A DNA stretch of 19,733 nt from Candidatus Deferrimicrobiaceae bacterium (lineage in GTDB: Bacteria > Desulfobacterota > Deferrimicrobia > Deferrimicrobiales > Deferrimicrobiaceae): positions 1 to 19,733 of the forward strand of contig CAWBVY010000003.1 of NCBI GenBank assembly GCA_963792415.1, in the 5' to 3' direction. A program made the translations under genes and the position numbers. The stretch's first letter is position 1. Each line of letters opens with the position of its first letter. Positions 1 to 6,812 of this stretch are shown piece after piece. Below the pieces are notes generated by a model. The model ran no database searches and had not been told where the DNA came from. It saw only the letters and a list, made by a program, of their open reading frames with translations.

Positions 1-29
1 CGGCTGACGCACCCGCGGGGAATTCCGGC

Positions 30-58
30 TTGACGATCCCCCCCGGGCTCCCTATATT
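30..58 (+). promoter_or_regulatory. sigma70-type promoter for the tRNA
   Basis: TTGACG (30-35), 17-nt spacer, TATATT (53-58), about 30 nt upstream of the tRNA. Confidence 0.8.
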
Positions 59-89
59 TGTTACCTCACGGTTTCACGCTTCCCGCCGC

Positions 90-164
90 GCCGGCGTAGC
101 TCAGTGGTAGAGCAGCTGATTCGTAATCAGCAGGTCGTCGGTTCAATCCCGACCGCCGGCTCCA
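90..164 (+). tRNA. trnT: tRNA-Thr(CGT)
   Basis: 75-nt cloverleaf: GCCGGCG/CGCCGGC acceptor stem, D arm AGCTCAGTGGTAGAGC, anticodon stem GCTGA/TCAGC with loop TTCGTAA, T loop GTTCAATC, encoded CCA. Confidence 0.98.
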
Positions 165-176
165 CGAAATAACCAA

Positions 177-646
177 TCAACTCAAAGCGATGCTCGTTTC
201 GCCTCTATCGGGTGATTCGGCCCGAGAGGGGCTTGTTTGCGCGGGGGTCGCGGATTTCCCGCCCGTGGTCCGCCATTCTGCGTCGTCGAAACGGGTCACC
301 GCCTGGCGATTTCCGCCTGGTATCAGGCGACCGTAGGTATCCACGGTGATCTGTGTGGAGTGATGCCCCATCTGCTCCTTGACGTAGGCCGTAGACTCCC
401 CGTTCCGGATGAGTCACGAGGCGAAGGGGTGCCAGAGGTCGTGGAACAGAATCCGCCGAAGCCCCCGACTTCTTCGGGCGCAGGGCGGGAGACCGCCTCG
501 CATTCATCGCGTCGAAAACCGTCCCGTCGACGGGAGGAACGCCCACTCGGGTAGCCCGCGGCCCGCCTTGATCGCCTCCTCCGCGACGGTGCCCTGGTGA
601 CCGGACAGGACCGTCGTCAGTTGGTCCCAAATGTCCACGCACCGTC
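177..646 (-). pseudogene. tyrosine recombinase/integrase C-terminal remnant
   Basis: Manual translation across frames: RCVDIWDQLTTVL...AEEAIKAGRGLPEWAF / DGTVFDAMNARR / GLRRILFHDLWHPFAS*LIRNGESTAYVKEQMGHHSTQITVDTYG. The HxLRH box reads HDLWH, there is an in-frame TGA and frameshifts, and the N-terminal half is missing. The MGH...T..Y catalytic Tyr box is retained. Confidence 0.9.
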
Positions 647-856
647 CCTGGCTGAAAGTCCACGAACACGATATTGGCTACCACAACAGATTCATCAGGA
701 AACCCCATGAGTCAAGCGTGGTCTTTCACGGCTTCAAGTTCTCCAAGCACGTTGAATATCCCATCGACCTCGGTGCCGAACGGGATGGTTGAAACTGCGT
801 ACAAGAACACAGACGGGACCACAGTTACCCTCGCATCCACAGTCGGGACGAGGTAA
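647..856 (+). pseudogene. fragment of an Ig-like repeat surface protein
   Basis: DSSGNPMSQAWSFTA resembles the end of a bacterial Ig-like (Big_5-type) domain, and LNIPSTSVPNGMVETAY...TVTLAS resembles the start of a putative-Ig (He_PIG-type) repeat. No signal peptide or convincing start; it abuts the integrase fragment. Confidence 0.55.
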
Positions 857-866
857 CATGGGCAAA

Positions 867-908
867 TGTGAATGTAGCACACATAATAAACTCAAAATTG
901 AATTTACA
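867..908. promoter_or_regulatory. candidate enhancer-binding-protein sites (UAS)
   Basis: TGT-N11-ACA at 867-883 (within the ATGTG-N9-CACAT palindrome) and a degenerate TCAAAA-TTGAA-TTTACA at 892-908, 60-100 bp upstream of the -24 box. Confidence 0.5.
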
Positions 909-936
909 ACCAAGAGCCTTATTGAATAAAGAAACA

Positions 937-949
937 TAACTGGTTGATA
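937..949 (-). promoter_or_regulatory. IHF binding site
   Basis: Minus strand TATCAACCAGTTA is an exact match to WATCAANNNNTTR, in AT-rich DNA between the UAS and the sigma54 box. Confidence 0.65.
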
Positions 950-967
950 CTTAAAGATTGCAAGAAA

Positions 968-983
968 TGGCATACAAATTGCT
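968..983 (+). promoter_or_regulatory. sigma54 (-24/-12) promoter
   Basis: TGGCAT-ACAAA-TTGCT, with GG-N10-GC spacing exact, about 40 nt upstream of the 1022 start. Confidence 0.8.
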
Positions 984-1021
984 GATTTAACAATGATAAT
1001 AATTCGAGGGAGATCAATAAA

Positions 1022-2248
1022 TTGAAAACGATGCATAATTTCAGGATTATTAAGTTCATCTGCATATTATCCATTATTTATTCAACAAATTTCTCGCTGG
1101 CGGCTGATGTGACCAAGACTCCGACTCCTCCAAGCGGGCTCAAGATCGGGATGGATTCCATACCGTACGATCCCGGCTATCCGTATCCTCCAAGCACCAC
1201 CATTGCCTCCCTCACCTGGGATTGGTCGAGCCTTGAAATAAGCGGAGCGGGATCGGACCTGTGGCATATCGCGTGGACGACGGACGGGTACGTATATACG
1301 GCGTGGGGCGACGGAGGTGGCCCAAATGTTCCAAGTGACGACGGCGTCGTGTGCCGCACCCACATGGGCATTGCGCGAACTTCCAGTACCCCTCCGGGGC
1401 TGTCGTGGTCGAACCGATGGGGATGCAAGGCCGACGGAACCGGCTGTCAGGATTGGGGGCAACTGTGGCACGACGCTTCCTGCGACGCTCCCTATGGCGG
1501 GTCGCTGTCTGATTACGGAGTGCCGGAGGTACTGTTCGCCGTAAACAACAGGGTGTACGTCATCTCATCCATACAAGGCGTGACCGAAGCAAAAATATCC
1601 TACTCCGACGACGGTGCGGCATCATGGACCACCGCCAGTTGGGTGTGGGGTATCACCACGGGAGGATTTCATCCGTCAGGATTCGTCACGTACGGCGCGG
1701 GGAACGCAGGAGCGCGTGACGGCTATGCGTACCTCATGGGAGGAAAGGTCGGCGACATCAAGGGCATCTATATGGCGAGAGTGCCCATCGGTGAACTGAT
1801 GACGCAGGGAAGTTACCAGTATTTCACCGGGACGTCTTCGTCCCCTTCTTGGGGTACATGGGAGAACGCCACCCGCATTCATTACGATGCAAGCCGGAAA
1901 GGACCCACGGACGGTCCGGGATTGTACAACTACGTGACGTCGAGAATGACGTACTTCCCCGTGATCAATCGATACATCCTGATGACGAACGGCGGCGACA
2001 TCGGTATGTTGCGCGTCTACGAGGCTCGGGAACCTTGGGGGCCGTGGAATACAGTCTACTACAGCGACACCTGGGGCAACTTCGGACCCACTCACGCGCT
2101 TTACTACAACGTCATTCCGAAGTTCACGAGTTCGGACAATAAGACCTTCTGGATGACGTTCTCCGCAGGCGGCGGGCCGGTGGACTACGATAAATATCAC
2201 CTCATCAAGGGAACTTTCACCCTTGCGGCTGACCTGCCCCCTGAATAG
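1022..2248 (+). CDS. secreted beta-propeller protein, DUF4185-like (possible glycoside hydrolase)
   Basis: 408-aa intact ORF (TTG 1022 after GGGAG, or ATG 1031). Signal peptide ending SLA-A, a GSDLWHIAWTTDGYVYTAWGDGGG motif, an Asp-box SDDGAASWT, DGYAYL..G...IYMARVP, and EAREPWGPW. Confidence 0.75.
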   Translation: MKTMHNFRIIKFICILSIIYSTNFSLAADVTKTPTPPSGLKIGMDSIPYDPGYPYPPSTTIASLTWDWSSLEISGAGSDLWHIAWTTDGYVYTAWGDGGGPNVPSDDGVVCRTHMGIARTSSTPPGLSWSNRWGCKADGTGCQDWGQLWHDASCDAPYGGSLSDYGVPEVLFAVNNRVYVISSIQGVTEAKISYSDDGAASWTTASWVWGITTGGFHPSGFVTYGAGNAGARDGYAYLMGGKVGDIKGIYMARVPIGELMTQGSYQYFTGTSSSPSWGTWENATRIHYDASRKGPTDGPGLYNYVTSRMTYFPVINRYILMTNGGDIGMLRVYEAREPWGPWNTVYYSDTWGNFGPTHALYYNVIPKFTSSDNKTFWMTFSAGGGPVDYDKYHLIKGTFTLAADLPPE

Positions 2249-2415
2249 ATGACCAACCACAGACAGGGATTTTCTCCGGTTGATCGCACGGACGGCAACC
2301 CCCGTGCAAGCAAACGGCTATTTCGGGGTCGAAGAAGGGGTCTTGCGGGAATGGTGTTCGGCGGTCTATCCCCGGAAGTTGAGGTCAAAAATTCAGCACG
2401 CCGTGAAATGTGAGA

Positions 2416-2444
2416 AGAGGGCGGGGCCACAAACCCCGCCCTCT
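2416..2444 (-). terminator. intrinsic terminator hairpin between convergent genes
   Basis: Perfect 11-bp stem AGAGGGCGGGG/CCCCGCCCTCT with a 7-nt loop, 14 nt past the stop at 2458. Confidence 0.7.
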
Positions 2445-2457
2445 ATTGATACGGCCG

Positions 2458-2679
2458 TCAAGGTGCAAATCTGATCCTGCTTCCAGGCCCCACCAATACA
2501 TTCTTTTCAAGAACGACATGAAAGGCCTTTTCCGGATTCCCCGCGAAGGCCTTCCTCGCAACTTTTAACAACCCCAACAAGTTATTTGGCCGGTACTTGT
2601 TCCTACGCTCAAAAATACTGCCGATGGGTGTCTTCTCCCGTTCGACATAGTTCACGGAATAGACCAGGTAACTATACAT
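2458..2679 (-). CDS. small hypothetical protein, ERRxxxR family paralogue A (73 aa)
   Basis: ATG at 2679 with GGAGGGAG RBS. Aligns without gaps through the motif to 3824..4036 and 5062..5352. Has its own promoter and terminator. Confidence 0.8.
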   Translation of the reverse strand: MYSYLVYSVNYVEREKTPIGSIFERRNKYRPNNLLGLLKVARKAFAGNPEKAFHVVLEKNVLVGPGSRIRFAP

Positions 2680-2763
2680 GATGACTCCCTCCTGCCTCCT
2701 CTCGGGGGCCATGGAGACAACTTCCTCTTTCCTCTTGGTGCCAATGGATCTTCCAACACCCAT

Positions 2764-2772
2764 ATTATAACA
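2764..2772 (-). promoter_or_regulatory. extended -10 promoter for paralogue A
   Basis: Minus strand TGTTATAAT (TGn plus perfect TATAAT), about 85 nt upstream of the ATG at 2679. Confidence 0.55.
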
Positions 2773-2830
2773 CCAATATAAATCGGTCATCGTGGCGTAA
2801 TGGAATCGCTCAATAGCGCGGAAACGAGAA

Positions 2831-2855
2831 GGGCCGGAGGGATGTCCCCCGGCCC
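2831..2855 (-). terminator. intrinsic terminator of the lipoprotein gene
   Basis: GC-rich hairpin GGGCCGGAGGGA/TCCCCCGGCCC followed on the minus strand by TTCTCGTTT, 20 nt after the stop at 2876. Confidence 0.65.
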
Positions 2856-2875
2856 CGCTAAGGAGAGGGAGGTTC

Positions 2876-3232
2876 TCATTGGAATTCGACAATCCTTATT
2901 ATCTGTGCAACGGGGATGGCAACCTGATTGGTGAAGGCATTCTGGGGGGGGACGGAAACAAGTGATCCATCGCTAACGCCGGTGACGTTGAAAGTACCGG
3001 TTTTATCATTGAACGAGAGAAAAGTACCATCAAACGCAAGTTCTTCCGATGTGTTGTAGGTGGCCACTGCCCCCCCCGCCACATAAAATATCTGCTTCTT
3101 CACCCCGGCATTGAACAAGGATTGCGGTAACGCATTCGCCTTGGTACCCCACCCAAAGTCCCAGTTCCAGTTCGAGCAACTGGCAAATACCATCACCGTA
3201 AACACGACCAGCGCAACAAGAAGTCGCTTCAT
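2876..3232 (-). CDS. hypothetical lipoprotein (118 aa)
   Basis: AAAGGAGG RBS; MKR plus hydrophobic stretch and lipobox FAS-C at Cys19; beta-rich mature part. Confidence 0.8.
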   Translation of the reverse strand: MKRLLVALVVFTVMVFASCSNWNWDFGWGTKANALPQSLFNAGVKKQIFYVAGGAVATYNTSEELAFDGTFLSFNDKTGTFNVTGVSDGSLVSVPPQNAFTNQVAIPVAQIIRIVEFQ

Positions 3233-3522
3233 AACGCCCTCCTTTGGATATAGTCACGGAGATGTGAAATGCAAGTGCGAGTAAATCCACCATGTCCCCT
3301 GGATGCCGGGAAGTCAACACGATAGATGAAGGTCTGATCTTCACGTTACCCGACCTATCCAAGATTCATTTTCCAAAAATGCGCCGCCCTCGGAAGGGGT
3401 CTTATTTTCAATAGGCGACAAGGTCGCGGGGTCCTACCCCCTTCTGCCATGTAAAGATTCCATCCTGATTTGCCGAAAGAATTCGGAGAGGGCAAATAAT
3501 TGCCGGGGCGTGGGAGGGGAAG

Positions 3523-3780
3523 ATGACTTACGCGGAATTAGAGAATCATATCCTTCTGGCAGACCGAATGGTTGTAAGTTGCGCACCGAGGAAAGCGGAA
3601 TACGGGAGAGGATATATTGAAGGGATCAAAATTCATTTCAATAACCCTCGGTCGACATCCCCCCCCGATCATTATTCAATCGCTGATATCGCCCGTAGAA
3701 ACGGCAGCCGCGATGTTCATGCCTACGCTCGTGGGTACCGTGATGGCTGCAAGGGTTTGAAACCGGAATATATCGGCTGA
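3523..3780 (+). CDS. small hypothetical protein with two Y-x-RGY-xx-G motifs (85 aa)
   Basis: GGGAGGGG RBS; internal repeat EYGRGYIEG / AYARGYRDG. Confidence 0.75.
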   Translation: MTYAELENHILLADRMVVSCAPRKAEYGRGYIEGIKIHFNNPRSTSPPDHYSIADIARRNGSRDVHAYARGYRDGCKGLKPEYIG

Positions 3781-3823
3781 ATTGATTCTATTTTGAAGAA
3801 ACGGTAACAGGGATGGTGAGAAT

Positions 3824-4036
3824 GTGAAAATCTACGCTGTCTATCGTCTCGGTTACTGGAACAATAAGCTGGAACTCGTGGGGAAGGTGGTGGAACGTCG
3901 GAAGGAAGAGCGGAAGAACAATGCCGCGGATATGTTGCGATGGGCCCAAAAAATTTACGCAGCCTCGTCGATTGATTCAAGCATATTCATCGTCAAGGAG
4001 GGTTCCTCCGAGGGGCCTATATTTGGGGGGGCATAG
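3824..4036 (+). CDS. small hypothetical protein, ERRxxxR family paralogue B (70 aa)
   Basis: GTG start 43 nt after the previous gene; motif VY-x12-G-x3-ERRKEERKNN..DMLRWAQK. Confidence 0.8.
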   Translation: MKIYAVYRLGYWNNKLELVGKVVERRKEERKNNAADMLRWAQKIYAASSIDSSIFIVKEGSSEGPIFGGA

Positions 4037-4203
4037 GCTGTCCTCGGCCTTGTCAAGGGCATCGCTGCAGGCTACCTGGTATCCGGTTGCGCCTGTCGAA
4101 CCGGAAGTGGCGCGAACTGCTCGGCCGGTACATCTTCGGACTTCAGGAAACGGAACAACCCTCCATCACAGGCGGTGCACTTCCTCCAGGCAACCGCCGC
4201 CTC

Positions 4204-4584
4204 TCACCCCGACAAGATTCCTTCTTCAATTCCCCTCTGAACGAACTTCTCCAATTCCTCGATGTAATGGTGCGACAAACTGATCAGGTCTTCAGAGTGT
4301 CGTTGCGACGAACCGGCCTGGTCTTCAGCTCCGGGCCAGTCAGCGAACCGATGCCGAAACGCTGCCTGACTGGTATAACTCAACACAACATTCCCGGCGA
4401 TGGTCTTTTCATACCATTGTTGCCCCGCCTTTGACTTCGATTCCTCCCGGGCATATTGGGTTACAGACTGGGCCGCCGCCAGGAACGCGCTCAAGTAGTA
4501 TCGGAACGTCCCGCGGTCGTGTAACGACTCTTCCATCCTCGCCAGAAAGAACTTGGCCTCCCCAATCTTGTATCGCTCGTTCAT
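4204..4584 (-). CDS. hypothetical all-helical protein, possibly HEPN-like (126 aa)
   Basis: K.GEAKFFLARM...FRYYLSAFLAAAQSV pattern, as I recall from HEPN-like hypothetical proteins of mobile regions; no Rx4H motif present. Confidence 0.6.
   Translation of the reverse strand: MNERYKIGEAKFFLARMEESLHDRGTFRYYLSAFLAAAQSVTQYAREESKSKAGQQWYEKTIAGNVVLSYTSQAAFRHRFADWPGAEDQAGSSQRHSEDLISLSHHYIEELEKFVQRGIEEGILSG
4263..4328. repeat. degenerate 33-nt tandem duplication inside the CDS
   Basis: 4263-4295 vs 4296-4328, 23/33 identical, both ending GGTCTTCAG; encodes EDQAGSSQRH / EDLISLSHHY. Confidence 0.6.
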
Positions 4585-4819
4585 CTCAATTCACGCCCCC
4601 CTATCGAGATAATTCCAACATCCCAACCGCTTCCTCCACGGCCTCGAGAATCTGCTCCCCCGACATCGGGAACCGATTCGTCGGCGCACCCTCTGAAACT
4701 TTACGGCAGAACCGGGTGGAATCTTCAGGATGTAATTGTTACTTCACCCCCCTCGGCATGGCACTTTCTGGCCGGTGTAATGTGGGATATTGCTTACAAA
4801 CCGAGGGTCGAGGGCACGT

Positions 4820-4864
4820 TTCGTAATCGGCGGGGCGTCGGTTCCATCCCGACCGTCGGCTCCA
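4820..4864 (+). repeat. attR: degenerate copy of tRNA-Thr 3' half
   Basis: TTCGTAATCGGCGGGGCGTCGGTTCCATCCCGACCGTCGGCTCCA vs 120-164: 5 mismatches in 45 nt, and identity starts exactly at the anticodon loop. Confidence 0.93.
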
Positions 4865-5061
4865 TTCAGGCGTGTTATTGCGTACGTAAAGGCGATCCCT
4901 TGGGAGGGATTGTTCCGGGAAAATTTTTTCCCATTAAGGCTCTGCTTTTTCACGAATGACAACGACGGACCATATCATTCTTCTTTATAATGAACTACAT
5001 GCATTCACACAGTCGATGGGTGCGAATATTGCTGGAATGAACAGGATCGGGGGAGAGCGCG

Positions 5062-5352
5062 ATGAAAAAGATCCCGGACGACGATTGGTTGATGAAAGGA
5101 TCTGCCTGGAACGAGGAGGAGTTGCTTCCAATAGCGTTGGGCAAGAAGCCGGAACAGGTACCGGTAAAAACCGTCATGGTCTACTGGATGGACAAGAAGA
5201 ACATGCGGAAAGAGCCCATCGGGATCCTCATGGAGCGACGAAAATCGGAACGGGAAAACAACAACGCTATCGGCATGTTGCGCCTTGCTCGGAAATCATT
5301 CGCCAGAACGGAGGAAGAGGCTCAAAGGATTCTCATCGGAGATTTCGTTTGA
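5062..5352 (+). CDS. small hypothetical protein, ERRxxxR family paralogue C (96 aa)
   Basis: GGGGAG RBS and TATAAT at 4986-4991. A 34-aa N-terminal extension precedes VY-x12-G-x3-ERRKSERENNNAIGMLRLARK. Confidence 0.8.
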   Translation: MKKIPDDDWLMKGSAWNEEELLPIALGKKPEQVPVKTVMVYWMDKKNMRKEPIGILMERRKSERENNNAIGMLRLARKSFARTEEEAQRILIGDFV

Positions 5353-5388
5353 TCTCCGCCCGTCGATCCGATCCCGCCCTCGGGTAGA

Positions 5389-5871
5389 TCAGATCGCCAC
5401 CCGGACAGCGGTCGGCGAGAGGATCCGTGCCAGGTCCGAAGGGCGCATCCCCACAAGGAACCCGCGGCGCCCTCCGTTGATGTAGATCTTCGACAGCCCG
5501 AGGATCGTCCCCTCCATGTAGATCGGCATCGGGTGTCTCGTCCCGAACGGCGAGATCCCCCCGACGATGTACCCCGAGTGCCTGTGCGCGGCCTCCGGAG
5601 AGCACGGCGCCACGCTCTTCGCGCCGATCGCACGCGCGAGCTCCTTCGTCGACACCTCGCGGTCCCCGTGCATCAGGACGACCAGCGGCCTCTTCCGTTC
5701 GTCCTCCATGACGAGCGTCTTTACCACGCTGTGCTCGTCCACGCCGAGTTCCCGCGCGGAGACGGCCGTCCCGCCCTTCTCCTCGTAGTCGTACGGGTGC
5801 TCGGTGTACGAAACTCCGGCCGCCCGCAGGGCGCGGATCGCGGCAGTGACCGGCATCTTCTCCTTCGCCAC
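5389..5871 (-). CDS. ybaK: Cys-tRNA(Pro) deacylase, YbaK/EbsC family
   Basis: T.AIRAL, VVKTLV, GYIVGGISPFG and INGGRRG motifs; 160 aa. Confidence 0.93.
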   Translation of the reverse strand: MAKEKMPVTAAIRALRAAGVSYTEHPYDYEEKGGTAVSARELGVDEHSVVKTLVMEDERKRPLVVLMHGDREVSTKELARAIGAKSVAPCSPEAAHRHSGYIVGGISPFGTRHPMPIYMEGTILGLSKIYINGGRRGFLVGMRPSDLARILSPTAVRVAI

Positions 5872-5975
5872 CGTGCGCGACCCTCCTCTCTTCCCGGACC
5901 GTCCTGTTGCGATGCCGCGGGATGGAAACCATTGTATTATACGCGCGGAGGCAAAGACGGACGGGAGGGTTCCTC

Positions 5976-6794
5976 ATGGGCACGTTGAACGGGAAGACGC
6001 TCTTCATCACGGGGGCAAGCCGGGGGATCGGCCTGGCGATCGCGCTGCGGGCGGCGGCGGACGGCGCGAACGTCGTCGTCGCGGCCAAGACGGCGGAGGC
6101 GAACCCGAAACTTCCCGGCACCATCTTCACGGCGGCCAGGGAGATCGAACAGGCCGGCGGGAAAGCCCTCCCGCTCCAGGTCGACATCCGGTTCGAGGAG
6201 CAGCTCGCGGCGGCGGCGGCGAAGGCGGCGGACACGTTCGGCGGCATCGACATCCTGGTGAACAACGCGAGCGCGATCAGCCTGACGGGAACGCTGCAGA
6301 CCCCGATGAAGCGGTTCGACCTGATGTTCGGGGTGAATGTCCGGGGAACCTACGCCGCGTCGCAGGCGGTCCTGCCGTACCTCCTGAAGGCGAAAAACCC
6401 CCATATCCTGACCCTGAGCCCCCCCCTTTCCATGGATCCGAAGTGGTTCGGGAACCATTGCGCCTACACGATGGCGAAGTACGGGATGAGCATGTGCGTC
6501 CTGGGGATGGCGGAGGAGTTCCGGGAGGCCGGCGTTGCGGTGAACGCCCTGTGGCCGAGGACGGTGATCGCCACCGCGGCCTTGGCGATGATCCCCGGCG
6601 TCGAGTTCAGGAATTGCCGCAAGCCGGAGATCGTCGCCGACGCGGCGCACGGGATCCTCACGCGCGACAGCCGGGCGTGCACCGGCAACTTCTTCCTCGA
6701 CGAGGAGGTGCTCGCCGCCGGGGGGGTGACGGACCTCTCGGGCTACGCCGTCGAGCCGGGGGCCCCGCTCCTCCCCGACCTCTTCCTCGGCTGA
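5976..6794 (+). CDS. short-chain dehydrogenase/reductase, HSDL2/AtuG-like
   Basis: TGASRGIG, PKLPGTI, NNASAI, YTMAK, VNALWPRT; ATG 5976 with GGGAGG RBS. Confidence 0.92.
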   Translation: MGTLNGKTLFITGASRGIGLAIALRAAADGANVVVAAKTAEANPKLPGTIFTAAREIEQAGGKALPLQVDIRFEEQLAAAAAKAADTFGGIDILVNNASAISLTGTLQTPMKRFDLMFGVNVRGTYAASQAVLPYLLKAKNPHILTLSPPLSMDPKWFGNHCAYTMAKYGMSMCVLGMAEEFREAGVAVNALWPRTVIATAALAMIPGVEFRNCRKPEIVADAAHGILTRDSRACTGNFFLDEEVLAAGGVTDLSGYAVEPGAPLLPDLFLG

Positions 6795-6812
6795 AGGGAG
6801 GTCGGAGGCAGT

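Larger units (their letters stand above)
165..4864. mobile_element. degraded tRNA-Thr-integrated genomic island (4.7 kb)
   Basis: Direct repeat of the tRNA 3' half (120-164 vs 4820-4864, 40/45 identical), integrase remnant next to the tRNA, visibly lower GC than the 5.4-13.2 kb region, cargo of hypothetical genes. Confidence 0.88.

Noticed and set aside
867-882. CRP box (TGTGA...)
   Set aside because: The second half-site does not fit TGTGA-N6-TCACA; TGT-N11-ACA fits better given the sigma54 context.
2680-2892. N-terminal extension of the ORF 2458..2892 from the track
   Set aside because: It spans a terminator and a promoter and overlaps the lipoprotein stop; the paralogue alignment and RBS support ATG 2679.
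3468-3505. Hairpin TTTGCC...GGCAAA with an inner GAAA-containing stem, as a c-di-GMP-I riboswitch or sigma54 site
   Set aside because: The GEMM element order and second stem are not recognisable. The GG-N10-GC at 3490-3503 has a poor -24 match and would start transcription within the RBS.
4601-4740. Start-less minus-strand frame ending MSGEQILEAVEEAVGMLELSR
   Set aside because: Protein-like but short, with no RBS or recognisable motif; at most a gene remnant.
4811-4864. Second tRNA gene
   Set aside because: Only the 3' half is present, with no D arm or 5' acceptor strand, and the T loop is mutated (GTTCCATC); it is an att remnant.
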